A stretch of DNA of 64,000 bases from Gammaproteobacteria bacterium (GTDB lineage: Bacteria; Pseudomonadota; Gammaproteobacteria; HK1): assembly GCA_965220535.1 (NCBI GenBank), contig OZ244833.1, positions 1,039,440-1,103,439 on the forward strand. The letters run 5' to 3'. The position numbers were made by a program, and so were the translations under genes. A model generated the notes under the pieces. That model was not told the DNA's origin. It searched no databases and was given only the letters and a program-made list of their open reading frames with translations. Position 1 is the first letter of the stretch. Every line of letters begins with the position of its first letter. This document shows, piece after piece, positions 1 to 10,369 of this stretch.

Positions 1-2692
1 CGGCACCGCCTTCGTCTTCGAGGGATTTCAAGCGATAAAGAATATCGAGGGCCTCTTTGGGAGTCAGCGCATCCGGATCGACGGCCTCCAATGCCTGCAA
101 AAGAGCCTGCGCCCGATGCATGCGCGGATCATCCGACTCGGCGGCGACCGGGGCCGCCGGCACCGCCGCGCTTCCAATCTCTCGATCGTCGTAAGCCGAT
201 GACATCGGTCCGAGCCTGGAATCGAACAGGCCGAGCTGCGGCGAATTCGGCTCGGTCAATGCCGCATGCGGACGATCCTCGATGGCGGAGAGAATTTCCC
301 GCGCCCGCCCGATGATCTCGGCGGGGATCCCCGCCAATGCCGCCACCGCGATCCCGTAACTCCTATCCGCCGGACCCTCCTTGACCCGGTGCATGAAAAC
401 CAAACGCTCGCCGTGTTCGATGGCATCCAAGTGCACATTGACGACTCCGTCGGCGCATGAGGGTAGCGCCGTCAGCTCGAAATAATGCGTGGCGAAAAGC
501 GTGAACGAGCGGATCCGAGAGGCGAGGTAGCGAGCGCAGGCCCACGCCAAGGCGAGCCCGTCGTAGGTGCTGGTCCCCCGTCCGATCTCGTCGATCAGCA
601 CCAAACTGGCGGAAGTGGCGTTGTTGAGGATCTGCGCCATCTCGCTCATCTCCACCATGAAGGTCGAGCGCCCGCCGGCAAGGTCGTCCCCGGCGCCGAT
701 GCGGGTGAAGATACGATCGATGGGGCCGATCCTCGTCGCCGTCGCGGGCACGAAACTCCCGGCATGGGCCAGCAGCGTGATCAACGCCGTTTGACGCATC
801 AGGGTCGATTTGCCGCCCATATTCGGCCCCGTTACCACCAGCATGCGAGTCTCGTTATCCAAGGTGATATCGTTGGGCACGAAAGGAGTCGTCGTATTTC
901 CTTCGACGATCGGATGCCTCCCGCCGCGGATGTCGATACCCGGGGCATCATCCAAACTCGGGGCCCGGTAGTCGAGACTCACGGCGCGCTCGGCAAAGGT
1001 GCAAAGAACGTCGAGTTGGGCGATGGCCCGGGCACAGTCCTGCAGGCCCTCGAGATCCTCGGCGATACGGGCGATCAGCGATTCGTAGAGGGTTTTCTCT
1101 CTCGCCAAGGCCCGCTCCCGCGAGCCGAGCATCCGATCCTCGAATTGTTTGAGTTCGGGGGTGATATAACGCTCGGCATTTTTGAGGGTCTGACGGCGTA
1201 TGTAATCGGCGGGAGCGCGAACGCTCTGCGCCCGAGTGATCTCGATGAAATAGCCGTGCACCCGGTTATAGCCGACGCGCAAATTCGGCAAGCCCGTTCG
1301 CTGACGCTCTTTTTGCTCGAGATCGTCCAAAAAGGCTTCGGCATTCACCGACACCCCTCGCAAATCATCGAGGGCTTGGTCATAACCGGGAGCGATGACC
1401 CCGCCATCGCGAATCAATACCGGCGGGGCTTCGACCAAGGCCCGATCGAGGAGCTCGGCAAGATCGGGGAATTCACCGCCGGCGCGGGCAAGATCCTGCA
1501 CCCGCGGGCTATCGATCGTCCGCGCCGCGGCGCATAGCCGCGGCAGAATATGCAATGCCCGGCGCAGCTGCGTCAGATCCCGCGGACGGGCGCTCCCCAA
1601 ACCGATCCGCGAGAGGATGCGCTCGATATCCCCGACATCGCCGATCATCTCGCCCAAGGCTTCGTAGTCGCGCCCGTCGATCAACTGACCGACGGCGTTC
1701 AAGCGCAGCGCGATCTCCTCGTGGTCCCGAATCGGGCGGGTCAGCCAACGGCGCAGCAAACGGCTTCCCATCGCGGTGGCGCTGCGGTCCATCACCGCCG
1801 CGAGGGTTGCCGATTCGTTCTCCGAAAGGGGGCGCACGATCTCGAGATTGCGCCGCGTGACGGCGTCCAGGGTCAGCGCCTCGTCGTGGCCTTCGAAACG
1901 CAACGAGCGCACATGGGGCAGCGATCCCTGCTGGGTATCGCGGGCATAGTAAATCAACGCCCCGGCGGCCCCGACCACGAGCGGGCGATCCTCGATCTCG
2001 AAGGCGTGGAGATCGCGCGTGCCTAACTGTTCGAGCAGGAGATGCCGCGCCGAGATCGGATCGAAATGCCATGCGGCAAGGCGCCGCAAGGCCGGATGCT
2101 CGCCCAAGAAATCGGGGAGAGGACAATCCTCGGGGATCAGAATTTCCGCCGGGGCGATACGCTCGATCTCGGCGCGAGCGGAGACGGCATCGTCGATCTC
2201 GGTGCAAATGAAACGCCCGCTCGACATCTCCAAACCCGCGATCCCCCAACGCTCCTTGCGCCCGTACACCGCCACCAGCATATTGTCGCGATATTTCTCG
2301 AGCAGATGCTCTTCGCTCAAAGTGCCGGGGGTGACGATCCGCACCACCTTACGCTCGACCGGCCCCCCGCGCGCCGCCGTCGGATCCCCGATCTGCTCGC
2401 AAACGGCGACCGACTCGCCCTGTCGCACGACCCTGGCGATATAGGAATCCACCGCGTGGGCGGGCACCCCGGCCATCGAGATCGGCTTGCCGCCGGATTT
2501 GCCGCGGGTGGTCAGCGTGATATCGAGCAAGGACGCGGCGCGACGAGCGTCGTCGAAAAAGAGCTCGTAAAAATCCCCCATGCGATAGAAGAGCAGAGTA
2601 TCGGGATAATCCGCTTTGATGCGCTGATATTGCGCCATCACCGGCGTGTCTTGCCCGGAACGAAGGGATGATTTCGATCTTTTCGGAGACAT
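1..2692 (-). CDS. mutS: DNA mismatch repair protein MutS (runs off the left edge just before its stop; absent from the ORF track)
   Basis: Manual translation of the minus strand from ATG 2692 gives [45 protein letters not shown]. The frame near position 1 reads [22 protein letters not shown], the MutS C-terminal motif. Walker [11 protein letters not shown] lies at about 805-835. Confidence 0.97.
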   Translation of the reverse strand, partial: MSPKRSKSSLRSGQDTPVMAQYQRIKADYPDTLLFYRMGDFYELFFDDARRAASLLDITLTTRGKSGGKPISMAGVPAHAVDSYIARVVRQGESVAVCEQIGDPTAARGGPVERKVVRIVTPGTLSEEHLLEKYRDNMLVAVYGRKERWGIAGLEMSSGRFICTEIDDAVSARAEIERIAPAEILIPEDCPLPDFLGEHPALRRLAAWHFDPISARHLLLEQLGTRDLHAFEIEDRPLVVGAAGALIYYARDTQQGSLPHVRSLRFEGHDEALTLDAVTRRNLEIVRPLSENESATLAAVMDRSATAMGSRLLRRWLTRPIRDHEEIALRLNAVGQLIDGRDYEALGEMIGDVGDIERILSRIGLGSARPRDLTQLRRALHILPRLCAAARTIDSPRVQDLARAGGEFPDLAELLDRALVEAPPVLIRDGGVIAPGYDQALDDLRGVSVNAEAFLDDLEQKERQRTGLPNLRVGYNRVHGYFIEITRAQSVRAPADYIRRQTLKNAERYITPELKQFEDRMLGSRERALAREKTLYESLIARIAEDLEGLQDCARAIAQLDVLCTFAERAVSLDYRAPSLDDAPGIDIRGGRHPIVEGNTTTPFVPNDITLDNETRMLVVTGPNMGGKSTLMRQTALITLLAHAGSFVPATATRIGPIDRIFTRIGAGDDLAGGRSTFMVEMSEMAQILNNATSASLVLIDEIGRGTSTYDGLALAWACARYLASRIRSFTLFATHYFELTALPSCADGVVNVHLDAIEHGERLVFMHRVKEGPADRSYGIAVAALAGIPAEIIGRAREILSAIEDRPHAALTEPNSPQLGLFDSRLGPMSSAYDDREIGSAAVPAAPVAAESDDPRMHRAQALLQALEAVDPDALTPKEALDILYRLKSLEDEGGA

Positions 2693-2925
2693 TGGAAAAT
2701 CGTCACGCACACGATGAAGAAGAAAAAACACGCAGCCGAGAACGTAACTGACTCAAGTGATCGATCTTTGTTTTCTAGTATGTATCGTATAAAACGAAAT
2801 ATTCCTACTGACAAGGGGAATGCTTCCGACCGAGGAGGCGCGGGAAAGGATTGCAAGGCAAGACCCCGGCTCGGCGAGGGCGATAGAAAGCAGCCGGAGC
2901 CCTCGATCCGAGGCGAGCCGCAAGG

Positions 2926-2952
2926 CTTGAAAGAGGCCCGCCTCGCCCCCAT
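2926..2952 (+). promoter_or_regulatory. Sigma-32 (RpoH) heat-shock promoter of htpG
   Basis: CTTGAA (2926-2931), a 15-nt spacer, then CCCCAT (2947-2952), about 90 nt upstream of the htpG ATG. This matches the established sigma-32 consensus. Confidence 0.85.
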
Positions 2953-3038
2953 TCAAAGGAATCGATCGCTGGCTAACCCGATCCCATCGCCTTGAATCCA
3001 AAGCGATGCTCGGATCCGATGATGCGGAGACGACCGCT

Positions 3039-5198
3039 ATGACCGATAACGCAAAGCCCGAGGATACGAATCGGGAAACCTTAGGCTTTCAGGCCGAAAT
3101 CCGTCGGCTCTTGGAATTGATGGTCCGTTCGCTTTACGGAAACAAGGAGATCTTCCTTCGGGAACTGATCTCCAATGCGGCGGATGCCGCCGACAAACTC
3201 CGCTTCGAAGCCCTTTCCGACAACGAGCTCTACGAAGGCGAGGGGGATATCCGGGTGCGCATCCTCGTCGATCCCCAAGCCCGCACGATCACCATCAAGG
3301 ATAACGGTATCGGGATGAGCCGAGAGGAGATCGTCAAGAACCTCGGCACGATCGCCCGCTCCGGGACCCGTGATTTTCTCGCCTCGCTCACCGGCGACAG
3401 CGCCAAGGATACGCAGTTGATCGGGCAATTCGGAGTGGGCTTTTATTCCGCTTTCATCGTTGCCGATCGTATCACCGTCAACTCTCGGCGCGCGGGAAAA
3501 CCCGCCTCGCAAGGGGTGCGTTGGCAATCGACGGGAGAGGGTGAATTCACCGTCGAGGATATCGATCTCCCCGCTCGAGGCAGCGAAGTGATTTTGCATT
3601 TGCGCGAGGACGAAGACGAGTTCCTGGATCCCGGACGTATCGAAGGGATCGTTCGAAAATACTCCGATCACATCTCGATCCCGATCTCGATGCCCGCTTC
3701 CGAAAGCGATGCCGACGAGGGCTCCGACGACGATGCCGACGACGATACGAAAGAGCGAAGCATCAACCAAGCCACCGCGCTATGGGCGCGCAACAAAAAC
3801 GATATCGCCGACGACGACTACAAGAATTTCTATCGCCATATCGCCCACGATTTCGAAGACCCTCTGGCTTGGCTGCATCATCGAGTCGAGGGCAATCTCG
3901 AATACAACCTCCTGCTTTATATCCCGGCGCGCGCTCCTTTCGATCTGATGGATCGCTCCGTCAAACGGGGGGTCAGACTCTATATCCGGCGAGTGTTCGT
4001 GATGGAAGACGCCGAGCAGCTGATGCCCGCTTATTTGCGTTTCGTTCGCGGCGTGATCGACTCCGCGGACCTGCCCTTGAACGTCTCGCGCGAGATATTG
4101 CAAGAAGATCGACAGATCCGATCGATTCGCGCCGGGGCGGTGAAAAGGGTGCTGGATCTGCTGGCCTCGATGGCGAAAGACGAGCGCGAAAAATACGAGG
4201 CCTTCCAAAAAGAATTCGGGCATATCCTCAAAGAGGGGATCGTCGAGGACGAAAGGAATCGCGAAACGATCGCCGGATTGTTGCGCTTTGCCTCCACCGA
4301 GCCTTCCGCCGATCAGGCAACCGAAAGCCCTTCGGTTTCTCTCGACGACTATATCGAGCGCATGAAGGATGGCCAAAAAGGGATTTATTACATCACCGCG
4401 AGCGGCTATCGCGCCGCGCGCAGCAGCCCGCATTTGGAGGCCTTCGACAAACACGGCGTCGAGGTTTTGTTGTTGACGGATCCGATCGACGAATGGGTGG
4501 TCATGCACCTTGCGCAGTACAAGGAAAAAACGCTGATCTCGGTGATGAAGGGCGAGTTCGATCTCGACGATATCGTTTCCTCGAAAGAAGACGATGCGCC
4601 GGCCGAAAAAGCCGAGGACAAGGCGAGCGCCGATGAAAAAGAATACGAGAAGTTGCTCTCCTATTTCCGCACCGTCCTTTCGGATCGGGTGCGCGATGTT
4701 CGTATCACCCGCCGCCTCGACAGCTCCCCGGCCTGTCTCGTGCGCGAGGAGAACGAAATCAGCCACCGGATGGAGCGCCTGCTCGATGCCGCCGGTCAAC
4801 CGATCCACAGCGTCCATCCGACCCTCGAGCTCAACCCCGCCCACCCCTTGATGGCGCACCTTGCCGTACAAGTCGAAGACGATATATGGCCCGATTGGGC
4901 CGAACTGATCTTCGAGCAATCCCTGCTATGCGAAGGGGGGTTGGAGGATCCCGCCGCTTTCGTACGCCGCATGAACAAGTTGCTGCTCATTCCGCTAAGA
5001 CCGATCAACAAACCGGGCAACGTCGCTCGCAAGCGACGGGCGAGTCCGAGCGCCAAGCGCAAGGACCCTGCCGATTCGTCGAGCGCGAAGACCGGCGCAA
5101 AGGCGAAAGCCGAAACGAAGGCGAAAGCCGAAACGAAAGCGAAAAGGAGCGGGAGCGAAAAACCGAAGGGCGCGAAAAGCCGCAAAGAGGGCTCTTGA
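3039..5198 (+). CDS. htpG: Molecular chaperone HtpG (Hsp90) with a basic 69-aa C-terminal tail
   Basis: Motifs FQAEIRRLL, NKEIFLRELISNAADA, DNGIGM, IGQFGVGFYSAF, DSADLPLNVSREILQ and FVRRMNKLLL. Start placed at the second ATG (MTDN...). Confidence 0.97.
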   Translation: MTDNAKPEDTNRETLGFQAEIRRLLELMVRSLYGNKEIFLRELISNAADAADKLRFEALSDNELYEGEGDIRVRILVDPQARTITIKDNGIGMSREEIVKNLGTIARSGTRDFLASLTGDSAKDTQLIGQFGVGFYSAFIVADRITVNSRRAGKPASQGVRWQSTGEGEFTVEDIDLPARGSEVILHLREDEDEFLDPGRIEGIVRKYSDHISIPISMPASESDADEGSDDDADDDTKERSINQATALWARNKNDIADDDYKNFYRHIAHDFEDPLAWLHHRVEGNLEYNLLLYIPARAPFDLMDRSVKRGVRLYIRRVFVMEDAEQLMPAYLRFVRGVIDSADLPLNVSREILQEDRQIRSIRAGAVKRVLDLLASMAKDEREKYEAFQKEFGHILKEGIVEDERNRETIAGLLRFASTEPSADQATESPSVSLDDYIERMKDGQKGIYYITASGYRAARSSPHLEAFDKHGVEVLLLTDPIDEWVVMHLAQYKEKTLISVMKGEFDLDDIVSSKEDDAPAEKAEDKASADEKEYEKLLSYFRTVLSDRVRDVRITRRLDSSPACLVREENEISHRMERLLDAAGQPIHSVHPTLELNPAHPLMAHLAVQVEDDIWPDWAELIFEQSLLCEGGLEDPAAFVRRMNKLLLIPLRPINKPGNVARKRRASPSAKRKDPADSSSAKTGAKAKAETKAKAETKAKRSGSEKPKGAKSRKEGS

Positions 5199-5338
5199 GG
5201 GCTCTTGAGCGATCCGATCGAGGAAGGATGAAAAAACGATGAACAAAGAGATCGGCTCGAATCGATCTCGAGCCGATAAAGAGCGGATCGTCACGCGGAT
5301 CATCGCCGCGACCGCGAGAGCGTCGATATGAAGAGTCG

Positions 5339-6337
5339 GTGTCGAAGATGAGCTCCGATCCCGAGCCCGATCTCGAATCGAATCGGCTTTCGGCGGCGGA
5401 TATCGACGAACTCGATTTTGCGATGCGCGAAGCGCTCGGCGAACTGCATACCATCGTCGATTTCATCCGCTTCGGGGCCGCTCGACTCGAGCGAGCGCCG
5501 GTGGTCTTCGGTCACGGCCAGGACAATGCGGTCGACGAAGCCGCTTGTCTGGTGCTGCACGCCGCCGGGCTGCGCCCCGATGCCCGAACACCCCTGCTCT
5601 GTGCCCGCTTGCTCGATAGCGAACGCCGACGGGCTCTCGAGCTTCTTCGGCGCCGGATCGAGCGGCGGATCCCCGCCGCCTACCTGACGGGAAAGGCCTG
5701 GTTCGCCGGCCTCGAATTCCTCTGCGACCGGCGAGCCTTGGTCCCGCGCTCCCCCATCGCCCAATGGATCGAACGCGGCTTCGAGCCTTGGATCGAAAGC
5801 GACGAAGGCCTGCGCATTCTGGATATCGGCACCGGCGGCGGAGCCATCGCCATCGCCTGTGCGATCGCCTTTGCGCAAGCGCTCGTCGATGCGGTGGATA
5901 TCAGCGAAGAGGCGCTTTCCTTGGCGCAGGAAAACAGCCGGCGGCACGGTGTCGAATCCCGAGTGCGAACGATCCGATCCGATCTTTTTTCCGCCTTGTC
6001 GGGCGAGCGTTATCATCTCATCGTCGGCAACCCGCCTTATGTCGACGCGCAAACGATGGCCGCCCTCCCCGCGGAATATCTGCATGAACCGCGGCTCGGC
6101 TTGGAATCGGGAGCCGACGGGCTCGATCATATCCGCCGGATATTGGATAGCGCATCTTCACACCTGCACCCGAAAGGAATTCTGGTCTGCGAAGTCGGGG
6201 CCTCCCGCCGAGCCCTCGAAGAGGCCTTCCCCCACCTGCCTTTTCTATGGCTCGAGTTGGAGGGCGAGAGCGAAGGCGTCTTTTTGTTGGAACGCAAAGA
6301 CCTTCGACATCCCCGAATAGCCGAAGCGATCCCCTGA
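5339..6337 (+). CDS. prmB: 50S ribosomal protein L3 N5-glutamine methyltransferase
   Basis: Motifs FGHGQDNAVDEA, RIPAAYLTGKAWFAG, RALVPRSPIA, LDIGTGGG (SAM binding), NPPY and HEPRLGL. Confidence 0.93.
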   Translation: MSKMSSDPEPDLESNRLSAADIDELDFAMREALGELHTIVDFIRFGAARLERAPVVFGHGQDNAVDEAACLVLHAAGLRPDARTPLLCARLLDSERRRALELLRRRIERRIPAAYLTGKAWFAGLEFLCDRRALVPRSPIAQWIERGFEPWIESDEGLRILDIGTGGGAIAIACAIAFAQALVDAVDISEEALSLAQENSRRHGVESRVRTIRSDLFSALSGERYHLIVGNPPYVDAQTMAALPAEYLHEPRLGLESGADGLDHIRRILDSASSHLHPKGILVCEVGASRRALEEAFPHLPFLWLELEGESEGVFLLERKDLRHPRIAEAIP

Positions 6338-6419
6338 GCGCCCCGGCCGGCAATACCCGAACCCTCTCGCCGACGCCCGCATCGTAAAATCGCCAGCGAT
6401 AGCCCCAAGGGAGTCGGCG

Positions 6420-7679
6420 ATGATCACGTTGATCGAAGCACTGAACTACCGCTGTCTCGAAGATGTGCGGGTGCGGCTCGCTCCCTTTCACGTTCTCGTA
6501 GGCCCGAATGCCTCGGGCAAATCCACCTTGATGGATGTCGTCGAGTTCCTCGGCGATCTGGTCGACGACGGTCTCGACGAAGCGCTGGCCAAGCGCGTCC
6601 CCGAGGACCCGAAAGAACTTCTCTTTCAGCGTCGAGGGGAGCGGATGGAACTCGCGGTGGAGGCCGAAATCCCCGATGGTTTGCGGAAGAAAACTCTACG
6701 ACCGGAACTCGATTCGGTGCGATACGAAATCGCCGTCGGGCTCGACGAATCCGGACACCGATTCGAATTCAAAGCCGAAGGTCTGCTGTTGAAAAAAAGA
6801 TCGCCGCAAGAGTCAAGGCAAAGCGCACTCTTCCCGGCAGCGCCGACACCTCGCGCATCCCTGCTCTCCAATACCCGCAAAAAAGACAACAAACTTATCA
6901 TCGACAAAGTGCCGGGCGGCAACGACAACTTCTACAGCGAATGCCAGCCGCGGGCGAAGCGCTGGGCGCCTTCGTTCAGGCTGGGGACCCGCAAATCGGC
7001 TCTCGGCAACCTCGTCCAAGACGAGAGCCAATTTCCCGTCGGCATCTGGTTTTCGAATCTGCTGACCACCGAGATACGAAAAATATCGCTCGACAGCCTC
7101 GCGATCAAAAAACCCTCCCCACCGGTCAAAGCCCGGACATTCCTCGCCGACGGATCGAACCTGCCTTGGGCGGTGCATCGCCTGCGAAAGCAGGCCCCGA
7201 AGCGCTTCGAGGGGTGGATCGAGAACCTGCAAACGGTCCTTCCCGACTTGAGGACGATCAAAACGCTCATCCGCGCCGAAGATCGACATTGCTATATGGT
7301 TTTCGAATACGAAAACAAGACCAGCGTTCCTTCTTGGCTCGTTTCCGACGGAACGCTGCGGCTGGCGGCCCTGACACTCCCGGCCTGGCTTTCGGAGCAT
7401 CGGGGAATCTATCTGATCGAAGGGCCGGAAAACGGCATCCATCCCAAGGCCATCTCCGCCATCGACGATCCCCTCTCGTCGGTCTACAACGCCCAAGTGC
7501 TGATGGCCACCCACTCCCCGGTTCTCCTCAACGCCAACCGGCTCGAAGATATCCTATGCTTCGCCCGCAACGACAAAGGAGCCACCGATATCGTGGCCGG
7601 CAACGAACACCCGAATCTTCGTCAATGGACCGGGGAGGTCGATCTCGGCACCCTGCTCGCCGCGGGGGTGATGGGATGA
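6420..7679 (+). CDS. ABC/AAA_21-type ATPase resembling MAD3 of the methylation-associated defense system; Walker B is degenerate
   Basis: Begins MITLIEALNYRCL. Walker A GPNASGKST, ABC signature VSDGTLRL, Walker B region IYLIEGPENGIHP (family consensus EEPENG) and H-loop MATHSP. The MAD3 resemblance is recalled, not searched. Confidence 0.7.
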   Translation: MITLIEALNYRCLEDVRVRLAPFHVLVGPNASGKSTLMDVVEFLGDLVDDGLDEALAKRVPEDPKELLFQRRGERMELAVEAEIPDGLRKKTLRPELDSVRYEIAVGLDESGHRFEFKAEGLLLKKRSPQESRQSALFPAAPTPRASLLSNTRKKDNKLIIDKVPGGNDNFYSECQPRAKRWAPSFRLGTRKSALGNLVQDESQFPVGIWFSNLLTTEIRKISLDSLAIKKPSPPVKARTFLADGSNLPWAVHRLRKQAPKRFEGWIENLQTVLPDLRTIKTLIRAEDRHCYMVFEYENKTSVPSWLVSDGTLRLAALTLPAWLSEHRGIYLIEGPENGIHPKAISAIDDPLSSVYNAQVLMATHSPVLLNANRLEDILCFARNDKGATDIVAGNEHPNLRQWTGEVDLGTLLAAGVMG

Positions 7680-7705
7680 AGGATCCGGGAGCGAAGGCTC
7701 CGGGA

Positions 7706-8370
7706 GTGAAGGATCTCGTCATCCTCGTCGCCGACAAAGCATCGAGCAGGCGATGATCGGCCTGCTCGAAAGGCCGAGGGCCCTTGGGATTCGCAAGGAT
7801 ATCGCCTTCGATATCTTCATCCATCCGGGGCACGATCCCGGCTGTGCACAAAAGGGGGTCGATTTTTTATCCCGGTTCGAGGATGGCTACCGGCACGCGC
7901 TTTTGATCTTCGACCATGATGGATCATCGAAAGAGAGTCTTTCGCTCGATGATCTCGAGAATTCGCTGCAGCGGGATTTCGCCGGATCTCGTTGGAGGGA
8001 AGATCGGGCGCAGGCGATCGTCATCGTCCCCGAACTCGAGGCATGGGTGTGGAGCGATTCCCCCCATGTCGCAAGGGCCATCGGTTGGCAAGGCGATCGC
8101 CGCAGCCTGTATCGATGGCTGATCGAACGCTCGCTGATGAAAGAAAACGAAGCCAAACCCTCTTCCCCCAAAGAAGCCCGGCACGCAGTCCTGCGCCGAA
8201 ATCAAAGGCCCAAAGGAGCGGCGTTGTATAAAAAAATCGCAAGCAGGGTTTCTTTGAAAAACTGCCGGGATCCCTCGTTTCGAAAACTCGCAAGGGCCAT
8301 GCGACGATGGTTTTGCGATGGCGCATCGAAGCGATCGAAGGGCGATCCGAGCCCTGTCGAGCCATGCTGA
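7706..8370 (+). pseudogene. MAD4-like protein with a 1-nt frameshift near codon 12
   Basis: GTG 7706 gives VKDLVILVADK. After only two bases (GC, 7739-7740) the sequence continues in another frame as IEQAMIGLLERPRALGI...FDIFIHPGHDPGC...PELEAWVWSDSPHV...KPSSPKEA. The joined product resembles MAD4 and is coupled to the ATPase stop. Confidence 0.65.
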
Positions 8371-8936
8371 CCAACGCTCATGTTCCGATCATCGGCTTCG
8401 CCGCGTGGAGCGGCACCGGCAAGACGACCTTGCTGCGCCGTCTGCTCCCGATCCTTGCCGAACGCGGGATCCGCACCGGCATGATCAAACACGCCCACCA
8501 CGATTTCGATGTCGACACCCCCGGCAAGGACAGCTATGAATTGCGCAAGGCGGGGGCGGCGCAAATGCTGATATCCTCCCGCCGTCGATGGGCGTTGATG
8601 GTGGAGCGACCCGTCGAGCGCGAGCCCCCGCTGGACGAAGTCCTGCTCGATCTGGATCAGGAATTCCTCGATCTGATCTTGGTGGAGGGCTTCAAACACG
8701 AGCGATTTCCGAAGATCGAGTTGCATCGGCCGGGCTTCGGACGCCCCATGCTTTACCCCCGCGACGAAACGATCATCGCGATGGCCACCGACGCCCCGCT
8801 CGGCAAAGAGATCCCCTTGCCGCTGCTGGATCTGAACGATCCCCCGAGCATCGCGAACTACCTCACCCGATCGATGACGACGCCGATGACGCCGAGGCGG
8901 GTATCGACCCCGACCGTGCCGCTCGCGGATCGTTGA
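8364..8936 (+). CDS. mobB: Molybdopterin-guanine dinucleotide biosynthesis protein B
   Basis: Motifs IGFAAWSGTGKTTLL, IKHAHHDFDVDTPGKDSYELRKAGA and LVEGFKHERFPKIEL. Confidence 0.95.
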   Translation: MLTNAHVPIIGFAAWSGTGKTTLLRRLLPILAERGIRTGMIKHAHHDFDVDTPGKDSYELRKAGAAQMLISSRRRWALMVERPVEREPPLDEVLLDLDQEFLDLILVEGFKHERFPKIELHRPGFGRPMLYPRDETIIAMATDAPLGKEIPLPLLDLNDPPSIANYLTRSMTTPMTPRRVSTPTVPLADR

Positions 8937-8962
8937 CGCGGATCGTTGACGCGGATCGATGA
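8924..8962 (+). repeat. 13-bp tandem repeat x3 (CGCGGATCGTTGA) spanning the mobB stop and moeA start
   Basis: Copies at 8924, 8937 and 8950. The first contains the mobB TGA and the third contains the moeA ATG. Confidence 0.9.
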
Positions 8963-10245
8963 AAACAGCGATGGATAAGTCGATGAGCCCTTGCGAACCT
9001 CTCCCCGACTGCTACGAAAGCGATCCCGATCTCCTGCCTCTGAACGAAGCCCAGCGCCGTATCCGAGCCCATGTCAAAGCGATCGAAGACCGCGAGAGGG
9101 TGGCGCTGATCGAGGCCCATGGAAGAATCGCGGCGACGGATATCACCTCGCCGATCGATGTCCCGGGACATACCAACTCGGCGATGGACGGCTATGCCTG
9201 CAACGGGGATTCCTTGCCCGAGAGCGCCCCGCGATGGTTCGATGTGGTCGGCGAGGCCTTGGCCGGCCACCCCTTCGCCGGTCGCGTGGAAGCCTCGAAA
9301 GCGGTTCGAATCACGACCGGGGCGATGATGCCGACGGGCACCGATACGGTGGTGATGCAAGAACACGTAAGGGTCGAAGACGAACGAGTGCAGATCCCCC
9401 CGGGGAATCGCAAGGGGCAGCATGTGCGCGAACTCGGCGAGGATATCGCCGCCGGGGCGGTGGTCATCGCCCGCGGGAAACGCCTGATGCCGGCGGAGGC
9501 GGGGCTGCTCGCCTCCCTCGGTATCGCCGAGGTCGAGGTCTTTCGTCCCTTGCGGGTGGCTTGTTTTTCCACCGGGGACGAAATCCGCTCCCCCGGTGAG
9601 GATTTCGCGGCGGGAGCGGTCTACGACAGCAATCGATTCACGATACGAGGCATGCTCGAGCGCCTCGGGGTCGAGATCGTCGATCTCGGGATCGTGCCCG
9701 ATCGGCGCGAGGCGATCTTCGAGGCTTTCGAAAAGGCGGCGAAAAGCGCCGATGTCGTGCTCTCTTCCGGGGGGGCCTCCACCGGCAAGGCCGACCATAT
9801 CAAAGAGGCCTTGAGCGCCCTCGGGCAGGTGGGGTTTTGGCGTATCGCCATCCGCCCCGGAAGGCCCTTGGCTTTCGGTTTCATCGATAACGCTTTGTGC
9901 TTCGGTCTGCCGGGCAACCCCGTCGCGGTGATGGTGACCTTCTTGCAGATCGTCGCCCCCGCCCTGCGCGCCGCCGCCGGAGAATCGCGCTTTCGTCCGC
10001 CGCCCGAAGTGGAGGCTCGCTGCACCGTGCGCCTGCGCAAAAAACCGGGGCGAGTCGAATACTATCGCGCCCTTCTCGAACGGGATGAAAACGACGCCCT
10101 CGTGGTCCGCGATACCGGCCGCAGCGGTTCGGGGCTGCTCCATACGATGAGCGATGCCAACTGCTTCATCGTCCTGCCCGAAGAAAGCGAGACGATCGCC
10201 CCCGGATCGACGGTTCGCGTGCAACCTTTTTTCGGGTTGATATGA
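8959..10245 (+). CDS. moeA: Molybdopterin molybdotransferase MoeA
   Basis: Motifs NSAMDGYA, RITTGAMMP, STGDEI, YDSNR, FWRIAIRPGRP, GLPGNPVA and GSGLLHTMSDANC. Confidence 0.96.
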   Translation: MKTAMDKSMSPCEPLPDCYESDPDLLPLNEAQRRIRAHVKAIEDRERVALIEAHGRIAATDITSPIDVPGHTNSAMDGYACNGDSLPESAPRWFDVVGEALAGHPFAGRVEASKAVRITTGAMMPTGTDTVVMQEHVRVEDERVQIPPGNRKGQHVRELGEDIAAGAVVIARGKRLMPAEAGLLASLGIAEVEVFRPLRVACFSTGDEIRSPGEDFAAGAVYDSNRFTIRGMLERLGVEIVDLGIVPDRREAIFEAFEKAAKSADVVLSSGGASTGKADHIKEALSALGQVGFWRIAIRPGRPLAFGFIDNALCFGLPGNPVAVMVTFLQIVAPALRAAAGESRFRPPPEVEARCTVRLRKKPGRVEYYRALLERDENDALVVRDTGRSGSGLLHTMSDANCFIVLPEESETIAPGSTVRVQPFFGLI

Positions 10246-10369
10246 ATCCCCCAAGCAAAACCCGGCCTACGAGGCTCGCGCGAAAAAACGAGCCGAGACC
10301 CTTCGAGCGAAGCCGAAATGCGCGGAACCGATGCCGGATTTTTTCACGCGAGCGCAAAGGGAAAAAGCG

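Noticed and set aside
485-2671. Long plus-strand ORFs (485..1537, 2042..2671 and others)
   Set aside because: They are antisense shadows of mutS, which is open on the minus strand from 2692 to the edge.
7733-7741. Programmed -1 frameshift as an explanation for the MAD4-like break
   Set aside because: There is no X-XXY-YYZ slippery heptamer (only GACAAAGC). A single-base deletion or sequencing error is simpler.
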